Below are positions 23,140 to 33,750 of a stretch of 64,000 bases of DNA, piece by piece. The position numbers were made by a program, and so were the translations under genes. The notes below the pieces were generated by a model. That model searched no databases and had not been told where the DNA came from. It saw nothing but the letters and a program-made list of their open reading frames with translations. Source of the stretch: Cyanidioschyzon merolae. Its lineage: Eukaryota. The stretch lies in the NCBI GenBank assembly GCA_000091205.1, contig AP006495.2; one strand, 5' to 3'. Position 1 is the first letter of the stretch. Each line of letters starts with the position of its first letter.

Positions 23140-24069
23140 ATGCCGCGGAACGGTGGGATGCCAACCGACGCCGACGAACGGGCGCCTCGACAACGGAGCC
23201 CGCTGGGTGATGCAGGTACGCCTCGTCGGCGCGTAAAGGCGAAGGGCGCAGTCGTGACGACGCTTGCGGAGACACCGGAGTTTCTGCACTGTCCGGGTAT
23301 TGTCGGTCACTATCGAAGTTATGACGAGTACGCGCGGTCTGTAAAACGGATTTTGTTATCGTTTTTTGAGTTGCATAACGAGAGTATGAACGTGTGGACT
23401 CACTTTGTGGCTGCGCTGGTGTACCTGACGGGCATCGCGCCGTACATGTTCTGGATGCGTCTCAGAGACGCTCCACTCCTCGATAGATATACGATATCGC
23501 TGTACTATGTTGCCGCTGCAACGTGCTTTCTCTTGAGTGCAGTGTACCACCTGTTCCTCACGCATTCAGTGAAGGCGTATCGGGTGCTACGAATGGCGGA
23601 TCACCAGGGAATCCTGCTTTTGATCTGCGCGAGCTATATTCCTGCTATCGGTATTGGTTATCGATGCCACTGGCGCATAGCTATTCAGTTTCTATGGGTC
23701 AACGCCGCTTTCTACATGATGGCAGTGGTCGGGCTCTGGTACGCACACCGGCACGGTTACGTTGTATTCCGGAATATTACATTCCTTGGCTATACGAGCT
23801 GGGGTCTACTGCCGCTCGCAGTTGGTCTCACACTGCAGCTGGAACACGCAGCATGGTTATTGCGTCACGCTTTCGTCATGTGGTCAATTTATGGAATTGG
23901 ATTTGTACTCTACGTCACCCGTTTTCCCGAAAAAGTCTGGGTGGGAAAGTTCGACCTGTGGTTCTCCTCCCATCAACTCTTCCATATCGCGACAATAGCA
24001 GCGAGTGCAGTCTGGGGACGTTCGATGCTTCGCTTACATGATCATGTATCGGCAACGGGACTCTGTTGA
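23140..24069 (+). CDS. PAQR / haemolysin-III / adiponectin-receptor family 7-TM protein
   Basis: N-terminal 'HNESMNVWTHFVAALVYL' fits the PAQR HNETxNIWTHL motif. Seven hydrophobic helices follow. The C-terminal 'SSHQLFHIATIAAS' is the His-rich motif. Confidence 0.8.
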   Translation: MPRNGGMPTDADERAPRQRSPLGDAGTPRRRVKAKGAVVTTLAETPEFLHCPGIVGHYRSYDEYARSVKRILLSFFELHNESMNVWTHFVAALVYLTGIAPYMFWMRLRDAPLLDRYTISLYYVAAATCFLLSAVYHLFLTHSVKAYRVLRMADHQGILLLICASYIPAIGIGYRCHWRIAIQFLWVNAAFYMMAVVGLWYAHRHGYVVFRNITFLGYTSWGLLPLAVGLTLQLEHAAWLLRHAFVMWSIYGIGFVLYVTRFPEKVWVGKFDLWFSSHQLFHIATIAASAVWGRSMLRLHDHVSATGLC

Positions 24070-24077
24070 GGTTATTG

Positions 24078-24107
24078 CACACACATACAGACAAACACAC
24101 ACACACA
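24078..24107. repeat. CA-rich microsatellite in the 3' flank of the PAQR gene
   Basis: 'cacacatacagacaaacacacacacacgg'. Confidence 0.8.
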
Positions 24108-24248
24108 CGGGAAGCAGAGCTCATCTGGGGCTGCGCTGCAGCGGGGCTCGATACCCTGTACGACATTGGGACCGAGAGCTATGTGGCATGCTTCGCAGCC
24201 AGATGCGCAGAAAGGGAGGTTCACGGACCACGAGCACTCAGCGCGCTG

Positions 24249-25286
24249 TTAGCTGGAGACTCTGCCGGATGTCTTGGAGGCACGATCGAGTCGCTCCTGA
24301 ACCTTGAGCTCGATGAGAGGTCCAACGCGGTCCTGTTCCTCACGATCAACAACCGCCACAAGAGAGGACTCTGGCTCTGAGCGTCGACCAATGAGGAATA
24401 GTGGTTCGGTTGGAGCGCATACGTAGTAAACCCGCCCGTCCGTGTTCTGGAATGTCACCAGTACTTCGACTTCTTCTTCCTCCGAAGTGACGAGCTCCAA
24501 CTCATCGTCGATGTCGCTGACCGACTCGGCGTCATCATCAGCGGCTAATTCGTAGTGGTTGACACCAGCGCCGGCGGAACCGAGGTCGTCGAGCGCATCC
24601 CTTAGCAACGTATCGTCGACGCCATTGACGGCACTGGCCGCTGTCGCTGTTTCGTGATCCTTGAGGTCGTTCTCATCGTCTTCTTCTTCCTCATCGTCGT
24701 CGTCATCGTCGTCAAAAAATTGGCTCAAGTCTCCGTCCACGGTAAAAACTACCGCCGTCCGCACGAGGCACAGGTCTTCCTCCGCAAGAGCAAGGAACGC
24801 TTCCTTGAACAAGGACTCAACTTCAACCGGGTCTTCGATTGGTATTAAGGCAGATTCATCCTCACCGTCTTCAAAACGAGCGAATACAACCGGCTGCAGA
24901 CACGGCGACAAGACGAGGTACTCGACGCCTTCAATGGTGACGGCGTCTTCGACGAAACATGGAAGCGCCTCAAGCTTCGGCTCCCTTGGATCAACAACCT
25001 GTACGATTTCGACTCTGTCCTCATCAGGCAAGGACTGCACTTCGGGTCTCTTCTTATCGCTAGATCTGCTTTGTTTTGATTTTCTTGAGTCACTGCACGT
25101 CAAACGAGCCACGCCAGCGATTACGTCGCGCGCAGCGGCTCGCTGGCCTCCGTGACTCCTGTACCAGGCGAGCGCCCCCAGTCGAGCAGCTTCGTCTCGC
25201 CTGCCGTACGCTATCCTGGTCACACCACCAACATTCGATCGATGACGGTAGACCGACGCTCCCAGAAGTGAGCAGAAACCGAGCAT
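24249..25286 (-). CDS. Acidic protein with two DUF1292/DUF3727-like modules and an Arg/Ser-rich, transit-peptide-like N-terminus
   Basis: 345-aa ORF. Two modules 'EGVEYLVLSPC...VVFARFEDGEDESALIPIEDP' and 'DGRVYYVCAPTEPLFLIGRRSEPESSLVAVVDREEQ'. A poly-Asp/Glu tract lies between them. The antisense poly-Ser ORF 24661..25155 is an artefact. Confidence 0.45.
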   Translation of the reverse strand: MLGFCSLLGASVYRHRSNVGGVTRIAYGRRDEAARLGALAWYRSHGGQRAAARDVIAGVARLTCSDSRKSKQSRSSDKKRPEVQSLPDEDRVEIVQVVDPREPKLEALPCFVEDAVTIEGVEYLVLSPCLQPVVFARFEDGEDESALIPIEDPVEVESLFKEAFLALAEEDLCLVRTAVVFTVDGDLSQFFDDDDDDDEEEEDDENDLKDHETATAASAVNGVDDTLLRDALDDLGSAGAGVNHYELAADDDAESVSDIDDELELVTSEEEEVEVLVTFQNTDGRVYYVCAPTEPLFLIGRRSEPESSLVAVVDREEQDRVGPLIELKVQERLDRASKTSGRVSS

Positions 25287-25420
25287 CTTGTTCGAAGGAA
25301 CGCCGCCGAACGTCTACGACTTGAGGCTTTACACAGGCAGATTGCAGTGCGCTCAGCGAAGCTTTGGCAGGTGGCGGCACCGTCGCGTGCACGCGCCCCG
25401 TCGAGGACTGCCGCGCGCGT

Positions 25421-25452
25421 CCGATCGATCGATCGATCGCTCGATCGATGCA
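25421..25452. repeat. (CGAT)n self-complementary microsatellite
   Basis: 'cgatcgatcgatcgctcgatcgatgc'. Confidence 0.8.
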
Positions 25453-26286
25453 TTGCAGCAGGATTCTCGCGGCAGCAAAAATGATGCAGGGGAACGCAAT
25501 AGAGATCTGAGCGCCTCTAGATACGATCATGTATACCGGAAATCCCAGAGACATACGTCCATATGCAATAGAATCCAGATCTAATGAGCAGGTGGGCGCT
25601 GTGCCCATCGTGTTCGGCTTCTGCAACGCTGGACACACTGCTGTTACTGTAGGAAATGTGCGACGGCGGGACGGGTTTTGTATCGCCGTGGCGAACATCG
25701 GCTCGACAGAGAAGCAGCATGTGCCTGCGTGGCGTCCTATGTGCCCGAACGTGAAGGAGAACCGTCAAAGTCATCGCATCTACGCACGGGAAAACGCGAA
25801 TACGGGTCGCAGGTGCGGCGCTCTCGAGAAGTAACAGGGACGGAGAGGCAGCCTCCACAGCGTACACCCACATGTATGCGTGCGCACGAGGCAGGCACTG
25901 GACACAGAACGCGCGGCTTGCGGCAACACGGAGTACGATGTACAGGATTGATAAGCACGCGTCGTGCACTGCACGATTGCGTCGGATCGGATGCCGCGCT
26001 ACCGCTCGACCACACTGCGATGCCACGCATCAGCGTGGATGCCTTGCACCACTGAACGAGCTTCGGAGCCGCGTGTGGCAGGAATGCTGCACCCTGCGAG
26101 CCTCCGCAGCAGCACAGCGCGGAACGGGTAGAGGTAGCAGCGGCTCCAGGCGCCAGTCTCGTGCAAAGCTTCATCCCAATCATCTACTTTTATGTACTTC
26201 TATGGACATCCGTTTCGAGCGGGCGATTTCGCCGACATGTTGAACGCGCCCTAAAACCGTCTGCTCCCGCTGTGTCAGCGCTGCCT

Positions 26287-26319
26287 AGCAGCAGCAGCAG
26301 CAGCAGCAGCAGCGGCGGA
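26287..26319. repeat. (CAG)9 microsatellite upstream of the RING gene
   Basis: 'agcagcagcagcagcagcagcagcagcggcgg'. Confidence 0.9.
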
Positions 26320-26416
26320 AACACCCATCGACCGTACAGCGTCCGACTGGTTCACGTCTTGGAACAGTTTTCTGGAGCGGGTCTTCGAGCGAAAGGCAAA
26401 GCTTGGGTTTCAGTGC

Positions 26417-27610
26417 TTGGAACCTGCCCACATTTGCCTGAGTTTGGAAAAGACGAGCACTGGGAGCGTAGCAGCTTCCGCGGCATTGTCAGTGCTGTCG
26501 GCGCTTCACTGCATGGAGTTTAGGGAAACGATTAGGCAGCAGCTTCAGTACGGTGAAGCAACGCCGCTCGTTATGAGTTCCTCGATCGCTGCAGGATCCC
26601 AGAATGGGGGCATTGGTGCACGCCTTCTTCGATCAGACTCGCGGCAGGTTCGAACGCATGTTCACGAGCGTGTGCGGACGGACCTGATGCCGTGGACACG
26701 CAAGCTCAGCTTCGCGGCCTCTTTCCTCGAAGTGCTGGTAGAAGCAGCTGTGCTGCTGTTGACTCGGAATCAGCCCTGTGATGCGCCGCTTAAGCTCTGG
26801 ATTGGTGTGCTCATTGCGCTTCAGACGGCTTCGATCGTTCTGCGGCTGCTCGGTTCCGTGTACAGTCGAGTGGCGCTGTTAGAGCTCCAGCCCGCCGGTT
26901 CGGATGGCTCGGGCCTCATCACGCAGGAGGTTTTCCGGTCCGGGCAGCGCGGCGACTTGACCGCACTGGCCGCAAGCTCTGACTTTGACGCCCCCGGCGC
27001 CACGTTTGCGGCAGATGTGGAGGTACCGGCCTTTGCTGTGCAGCAGCCAACGCGCATTTTACATGCCCTGTACCTCGGTTGGATTATACTCGGCAGCATC
27101 TGGCTCTCTGAGTCGCGAACTTGTCCGGGTACTGCACCGCTCCTTTTCCGCATCTGCGTCATTCTCGTTCTCGTGTACTTTGCTTTTCTGATGCTGCCGC
27201 TGGTGCTGATTACCCTCATCATTTGCTGTCTGCCGCTGTTTATTCGCTTCCTGGTGAACTATGCGGAGCGTCTTCGTCGTCAGGAGCGCGCTGCCGCACC
27301 GGAGATTGTCGAGCAACTACCAGTTGTGCAGTTCGATGCGAGTCAGTGCGAGGACTTTGGATTCGAGGAAGACGGTGCGCCTATATGCACGATTTGTCTC
27401 TCTCAGTACGAACCAGCGGAGGAGATTCGCAAGCTACCGTGCGGTCACCATTTTCATCGCGCATGCGTCGATCAGTGGCTTCTCTTTTTTGACAAAAGTT
27501 GCCCACAGTGTCGGAGCGATGTAGACGCTTCGCAGACGACCCGTCATTGGCAGGGAAATCATCCGGAGCGAATCAATCCCGCGTCGTCCTCCGAAGAGGA
27601 ATACGTTTGA
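26417..27610 (+). CDS. Multi-pass membrane RING-H2 E3 ubiquitin ligase
   Basis: Several transmembrane helices. The C-terminal RING-H2 reads '[43 protein letters not shown]' (C3H2C3). Confidence 0.75.
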   Translation: MEPAHICLSLEKTSTGSVAASAALSVLSALHCMEFRETIRQQLQYGEATPLVMSSSIAAGSQNGGIGARLLRSDSRQVRTHVHERVRTDLMPWTRKLSFAASFLEVLVEAAVLLLTRNQPCDAPLKLWIGVLIALQTASIVLRLLGSVYSRVALLELQPAGSDGSGLITQEVFRSGQRGDLTALAASSDFDAPGATFAADVEVPAFAVQQPTRILHALYLGWIILGSIWLSESRTCPGTAPLLFRICVILVLVYFAFLMLPLVLITLIICCLPLFIRFLVNYAERLRRQERAAAPEIVEQLPVVQFDASQCEDFGFEEDGAPICTICLSQYEPAEEIRKLPCGHHFHRACVDQWLLFFDKSCPQCRSDVDASQTTRHWQGNHPERINPASSSEEEYV

Positions 27611-28611
27611 GCGTCGTGCACTCCAGTCCGTTTTCGGTGCATGCTCTTTGCAAATGCCTGGGCATGGGTCGAGATCGGGTCATCAGTTCATGTATACGAT
27701 TTTCAAGCCAGTTTACGGAATAGACGCACTTGCACCGGCTGCCAAGATGTTCTTGGCGCTGAGAACGTCAAACTTGCGACGCACGCAGCCTGCCTTGGCG
27801 TCGGCGTACCGTGAGCCTGGTATCAAGTTGATCGCCACACAGCGCTGCAGCATTGCTTTGAAGCAAAACCCCCTGGGGCCAATGGTGCATCGCATGCTGT
27901 GCCAAGGGCATAGTAAAGCACCAGCACAGATGCTTCCACCGCGTGCCCACATGTCTGTCGGTAAGACTTGTTTGTCTAGTGCAATGCTCTAGACTGGATG
28001 AGAGCATACCGAGCTATCCCAGAGCTGGATCTTCGATCGGCTGCCACATTGCGCCCACTGTTGCCCTGTGCCTCGGTGCATACCGGAAGGTACCTTGATC
28101 GGCATCCTCAATTGGAGCCGCAACGACGTCCGCAGCGCGCGAACGGCATTGTTCGGAGCTTTGGTCGAGGAATACGAGCTGTCCAGCGACATGATCGTAT
28201 CCAAAGAGACGCAGCATTTGCTGCGTTCCTAGCCGTCCAGCTGACACGTCCAGGCGAATGAACATAGAGTCACCCAGCTTCTGCGTCCATGTGCTATGCA
28301 GATCGCTGTAAGCGGAGAACGTTCGTGCAGGTCTAGCCCAGTCTGCTGACCGATGCAACATTCATACCATCGATTAGGGTGTGAGCGTTTCGGATACCAT
28401 AAGCGCGTCTTTCATGTAGGCCATGAGTGTACTGACAACGCTTGCGACCGCGCTGTTCCGAGTAAAATCTTACGCATGGGAGCGTTTCCTGCTGAGAGCC
28501 GTCTTCCTAGCGTCGTGTGCAGCCGCCATCGCTCGTAAACGCAAGAGTACGACCGCGCAACGGCTACTCTCTGGCGGGCTTTGAATGTTCTCCCCTGATG
28601 ATGTCTAAAGC

Positions 28612-29862
28612 TTAGAGCTCGTCGGCGAGAATCCGCGTCCGGATTTCGCGCATGACGTCACACATGTACTTGATGTTGTGTAAAGTCAACAGGGCTGCTG
28701 CTAGCGGCTCATGAGCGCGCCAAAGATGATGCAAGTAAGCTAAGGTATGGTTTTGACTCACGAAACCTTCACAAGTGGTGTCGACCGGCTCAAAGACGCG
28801 CTCCCATTTGCGGCTTTTGATCTGGATGCGGCCGTGTTGTCGAGTGAGCAACGTTCCATGCCGACCCGCTCGTGTAGGGTAACAAGAATCAAAGGTATCG
28901 ATGCCGTACGGAACCGCACGTCGGATACTCTCCTCATCCGCGATGCCTAGCAAGTGGACCGGACGATCCTTCGGCAGCAGGGTGTCCAGGAATGCGAGCA
29001 GGGCCAGGAGCTCCTCGCGATCTTTGCCCAGGCTGCCGCCTATGGCAATGCCGTCAAAAGGTAGAGCCGTCAGATACTCGACAGATTTTCGCCGCAGCTC
29101 CAGATCGATCCCACCGTGGATGACGGCATACATCGCTTGTTGGCGCATGTCATGCAGGTGCTCCCGCAAGGAACGCGCTTCCCAGCGATGGGAGAGCAAG
29201 ACGGATTGGTACAAGGCGTCTCGATCGATGTGATATGGAGGGAGCTCGTCCAGAGGAATGATAATGTCGGCGCCCAACATTTTCTGAGCTTGGACGGATT
29301 TCTCTGGAGTGAGCTCAATCTTCCGCCCATCGCGGTATGATCGGAACACCGGGCCATTCTCGGATACCGCGAGCAAGAGGTTCGGTGACCCGCGCTTTCT
29401 CGTTTTCATGTTCAACTCATCGAAGACAGATCCGTGTGCCAAAGAAAAAACCTGGAAGCCGCCAGAGTCAGTCATTATAGGACGTGAGCGCTGCATGAAG
29501 CGATGCAAACCTCCAGCCTGTGTGACGATTTCAGGTCCGGGTTGCAGCAGCAGATGATAGGTGTTGCAGAAGAGTAGCTCCAGCCCAGCCTCGTCTGCTC
29601 TGCGCTGGTCGACCATCTTCAAAGCGGCATTGGTACCGACCGCTACAAAAGCTGGCGTCTCCACGGTTCCATGTGGCGTATGGAGGCGACCTATGCGAGC
29701 GCTGGACCGTCGCGAGCGGTGGATGATCTCGAAGCGAAAGAACGGCTTGGGCTCGTACGCTGGGAACGTGCTCGGGCAAGGCGGGAGCGCCCACGGATCC
29801 GGAATGATTCTAGTTACTAGGGTGCGTTGAAAACTCCAACGCGCCGCAAAGATCGCTCTCAT
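28612..29862 (-). CDS. TGT: Queuine tRNA-ribosyltransferase (TGT catalytic-subunit type)
   Basis: 'HTPHGTVETPAFVAVGT', 'IMTDSGGFQVFSL', 'GGSLGKDREEL' and 'GIDTFDSCYPTRAGRHG' are all TGT blocks. Both catalytic Asp residues are present. The zinc-site region reads 'CEGFVSQNHTLAYLHHL'. Confidence 0.9.
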   Translation of the reverse strand: MRAIFAARWSFQRTLVTRIIPDPWALPPCPSTFPAYEPKPFFRFEIIHRSRRSSARIGRLHTPHGTVETPAFVAVGTNAALKMVDQRRADEAGLELLFCNTYHLLLQPGPEIVTQAGGLHRFMQRSRPIMTDSGGFQVFSLAHGSVFDELNMKTRKRGSPNLLLAVSENGPVFRSYRDGRKIELTPEKSVQAQKMLGADIIIPLDELPPYHIDRDALYQSVLLSHRWEARSLREHLHDMRQQAMYAVIHGGIDLELRRKSVEYLTALPFDGIAIGGSLGKDREELLALLAFLDTLLPKDRPVHLLGIADEESIRRAVPYGIDTFDSCYPTRAGRHGTLLTRQHGRIQIKSRKWERVFEPVDTTCEGFVSQNHTLAYLHHLWRAHEPLAAALLTLHNIKYMCDVMREIRTRILADEL

Positions 29863-30406
29863 GAGGTGGTTTCATTGGCGCGCAGACCCAGCACACAGGC
29901 CGACAAGCGAGCGTCCAAAAGTCCGGCAGCTTCAAAATCCGTGCCTTGTTTGCAACTCGGTCTACCACGCACGTACGGAAACCAAAAGCACAAATGGAAC
30001 TTGGAAAGCAGGAAAACTCGCGACTGCACTTTGTACTATCCGAGTCGAAAGCAACACTTCACTTGCTGAAGCGCAGTGTTGAGCGCTCTAGGCTGCTGCA
30101 GCTTGGATGCGTCCAAAAGCAATCAAAATGTCGTCTGATTCCGTAGCTTGAGCGCCAACTCGACTCGAACGCAAAGACGATCCCCAAATAATCTCCAGTG
30201 AACTTGTTGAACGTCGCCTAGTTGTCGACGGAAACGGCTGAGTCTCAGCAAACTGCTCGCACAGGCGTCGAAGGAACGCGGCGGCAGTTCGGCGGGTGCA
30301 CGCATTGGCTGCCCAGCGTCGGACAGGAGCCGGCAACTTGTCGCCCGGCGACGCAGCAGACATAACAGCGCCTGATTGGAAGACGCCACCAGAAGAGGCC
30401 TCACGC

Positions 30407-30474
30407 ACACACACAGATAGACAGACGGACAGACGGACAGACGGACAGACGGACAGACGGACAGACGGACAGAC
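30407..30474. repeat. (ACAGACGG)n octamer microsatellite, about 7 units
   Basis: 'acagacggacagacggacagacgg...'. Confidence 0.9.
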
Positions 30475-30995
30475 TTCTGGTTACCATGCTGACCAGCGCT
30501 ACATAGCGAGGCCTACCATGCACTCCGATTCCAGACAGTCATCGATTTCCGTGTAGGATTGTGTTCGAATCCGATTCCGGAACTCGGCATCACTGCGGGG
30601 TATGCTTGAACCCCCCTGGTCACCGAGCACAGGCAAATTCTTGACACCGTTGTTCATGAGGCTTCTCCGAAAACAACTTCGAAAGCGAAACGGGAAAGCA
30701 GCGTGTCCAAATATTCGACTCAGGCACCGACGCGCGCCTGGTGAAAACGAGCATCCGACAGCAGGCCTCGATAGCTTTACAACGTGTTCGTACAGGGAGC
30801 GCGTGGTATACCTATCCAGATCTACTAGGTACATTCGCATACTCGAACACGCGAATACAGGCAACGTGATTTTATGCCAAGTCCGTCCCATTGTCCCCAA
30901 AGCGACGTGCACGATTTCAAAGGCAATTCGAAGCGAATCCCAAGTGCCGAAATGCGACGCTAGCGTTGAGGCATCAGTGCCGCCCTGAGACGTAT

Positions 30996-31032
30996 CCTGG
31001 GCTGGGCTGGGCTGGGCTGGGCTGGGCTGGGG
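30996..31032. repeat. (GCTGG)7 pentamer microsatellite
   Basis: 'ctgggctgggctgggctgggctgggctgggctgggg'. Confidence 0.9.
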
Positions 31033-32058
31033 TGCGTCGAACGCTGTACCAAATGGTGTCAGCCAATCGGCTCCCGCCAGCAAGCATTTTGAGCACGATG
31101 ATCTCCGATTATGTAGTTGACTCTAGGTTTCGTTCAACAGAACGTTGGCCACAACAAGCGCACACAAGGCGGTGCTCAGGACGCGGAAACGCGCCGCCAG
31201 TCAAGGAAATGGCGTTTGGTGCACCATGTATCGAAACGCATCCTCAGCGCCGCTTCTCTGTAATCGACTGCTAATGGAAGCGCAGTAACCGTAATGCGAG
31301 CGCTCAGTCGTTGTGCAGCGATATGCGGCATTTTTGTCGGCACGCTTCCAAAGGCGCTTGCCCGCAGCACGGTATCCAGTGCGGGCTCTTGTGCATGACC
31401 GCGTGCTTCTACGTTCGTTAAAGCGCCAAGCACTTGTGCTTCCGCAAGACTTGCACGACAAGTAATAGAGAAAATGTCGCTTGGATGCTAGCGAGCGCCT
31501 CAAGGAGCTTTCGTTTTGACTACGCGTTCGCGCCCGTCTACAATGCGGCTCACGATTGCTTCATGCCTACAAAATTTCGCAAGACACTGACACTGGTTCT
31601 GTGTTCCGCTGGCAACGCCGTGCGTGAGGTATTGGAAGCGTTGACCGCGACAAAGCTGCCAACTCAAACAGTCATCGCCAGTATTGGACAATCCACCGGT
31701 GCGGTGTCGCTGGGCACCGCGCATCCACGGAAGCTAGCCAGCAGTAGACTTGGTGCCAGGTCGACGTGCTCACTGTTTTCGCGAATACTATTACTGGGTA
31801 TCTGCTGGACTCAGATCGCACTGATTCCAGCTCGGACGGGTGCTGTGGATCTAACTTTCCACTCAGGGCAGGTCCCAGCGTGCGAACGGGCCGTCGCTCC
31901 CGCCAGCGAACGCTTTTTCAGAACGACACGCCGCGCCTGGTACACCCTGTGTGCACGACCTCGTGCAACGAAAGAAAGGCTTTGGTTGCAAGATTCTACC
32001 CTTAACTACTGCTTAGACTGCAAAGCTGCTGCCCGATCACGTGGTCTTGGGCTGAAGC

Positions 32059-33750
32059 ATGACAAACGCAGCGGAAACAGATGCAAGAGACAGAACCCGT
32101 CGAGGCTCGTTTGCTGAGTTTCGCGTTGTGCTTCTCGCCGGGGATGTTGGGTCGCGCATGCGTCTCTTCACGGACGCTGTCCCAAAGTGTTTGCTACCCA
32201 TAGGCAATCGGCCGATGCTCTTCTACGCGCTGTACACGATCGAACGCAACAGCATTCCGGAGGTTACGCTAGTCACCACGGAGCGCGCACTCGAACGCGT
32301 CACGTCCTACGTGGAGGAACTCTACGGGAACGATCCAGCGGTTATGGCGCTTCGGAGCTCAAGGTCATCGCAGCCGGATCTGCATGTTTGCATTGAGGCG
32401 GTGCCGGCTGAACTGGGCAGCGGTGAAGCGCTTCTAAAGGTCACGAAATACCTTGACGCTGAGGACGTGCTCGTTGTCAGTGCCGACACGTTCGGACTCT
32501 GGGATTTAGCATCGCTGGCAACAACGCATCGGGTCACTGGGGCTACCTGGACAATGATGCTAGCCAACGCAAAGTTCGGAGCCAAGAGCGACCACAACAA
32601 GCGTTCTGCCAAGTCGCTGGGGCCTGCCCACGGCTCAAGCACGGCTGCCGATCAGATGGCCATCGGCACGCCTAGTCGAGACTGTATCGTCGTCGACGAA
32701 GTTACGCAGCGAATTCTGTACTTGAAACCGGATGTAGGCGCTTTCGGGAGCGCGGATAACATTCGCCTACCGGGGGATGCGCTGCAAGCGGTCGGCCCGA
32801 TGATGATCCACCGCGATCTGCTGGACCTGCACATCTACTTGTTTCGAAAAACGGCACTAGAGCTGCTTAGCGTGCGACCGCAATTGACAAGTTTGCGCGC
32901 AGACCTGTTACCATATCTGGCCCGCAACCAGTTTGTACTTGAGAGGAGGCTTGCGCGTGCCCTAGGATCCGAGATGACGGGTGGAAGGGAGTCGCCGCTG
33001 CGAACGGCGTGGCAGCGATACCGGAATGCGCCCGCTGGCAGCGCTTCTCGAGTCCGATCGGTATCACCACATCGAAAAAGTGGTGAGAAAGACAATTGCT
33101 GGCTGCCGAGCCTGGAGCCTCTGCCTCTGCACAGTATCATGATTGGTCAGAGCCAAACTGACTCAGTGCGCCACGGACCCGTAAGTATTCGATGCCAGGG
33201 GTGTTTCAGCGCTCCCGAGGCAGGTCGAATTATTCGAGTTAATACAATCAGCGCCTACATAGAGGCTAATCGCCTCGTAGCTGCGGGCGTGGTATACGGC
33301 GACCTCAGAGGCGCTAGCGCCGTCACGCCAAAACGATGGTGCAGCGAGGCGGCAACGCAAGGAGGTACAGTGCAGATCACTGGAAAGAACGAAGAGACAC
33401 AGGCCACGCGCGGGGAACAAGCTTCGGCGCGCGTTCATATCGCAAAGGATTGCTTGATAGCGGCGGAGGGTGTCGAAATATCTCCAGGATCTACGATCAA
33501 AAACCAAACCGTGGTGCATGTACACACGATCGTCGGTAGGCGGTGCAAGCTGAGTGCCTGCATTATTATGGATCATGTTAGGATCGGAAATGAATGCCTG
33601 CTCCAGAACTGCGTCGTCGGGAGTAACGCGCAGATCCACGACCGTTGCCAGCTACGCGACTGTCTCGTTGGACCCGACACGGAAGTGCCCGCTGGTACGA
33701 TCGAAACCGGTGAAGTGTTCACGCGCGCCGATATCCCTTTGGTGGATTGA
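32059..33750 (+). CDS. EIF2B3: Translation initiation factor eIF2B gamma-like (nucleotidyltransferase fold plus left-handed beta-helix hexapeptide repeats)
   Basis: 'VLLAGDVGSRMRLFTDAVPKCLLPIGNRPMLFYALYTIE' matches the eIF2B-gamma N-terminal motif GGSRM..L....PK.LLPVGN.P. C-terminal hexapeptide repeats are present. There is no W2 domain, hence gamma rather than epsilon. Confidence 0.7.
   Translation: MTNAAETDARDRTRRGSFAEFRVVLLAGDVGSRMRLFTDAVPKCLLPIGNRPMLFYALYTIERNSIPEVTLVTTERALERVTSYVEELYGNDPAVMALRSSRSSQPDLHVCIEAVPAELGSGEALLKVTKYLDAEDVLVVSADTFGLWDLASLATTHRVTGATWTMMLANAKFGAKSDHNKRSAKSLGPAHGSSTAADQMAIGTPSRDCIVVDEVTQRILYLKPDVGAFGSADNIRLPGDALQAVGPMMIHRDLLDLHIYLFRKTALELLSVRPQLTSLRADLLPYLARNQFVLERRLARALGSEMTGGRESPLRTAWQRYRNAPAGSASRVRSVSPHRKSGEKDNCWLPSLEPLPLHSIMIGQSQTDSVRHGPVSIRCQGCFSAPEAGRIIRVNTISAYIEANRLVAAGVVYGDLRGASAVTPKRWCSEAATQGGTVQITGKNEETQATRGEQASARVHIAKDCLIAAEGVEISPGSTIKNQTVVHVHTIVGRRCKLSACIIMDHVRIGNECLLQNCVVGSNAQIHDRCQLRDCLVGPDTEVPAGTIETGEVFTRADIPLVD

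Noticed and set aside
24661-25155. Poly-Ser '(S)17' ORF on the plus strand
   Set aside because: It is antisense to the poly-Asp/Glu tract of the acidic protein gene 24249..25286, and so an artefact of the GAn/TCn coding repeat.
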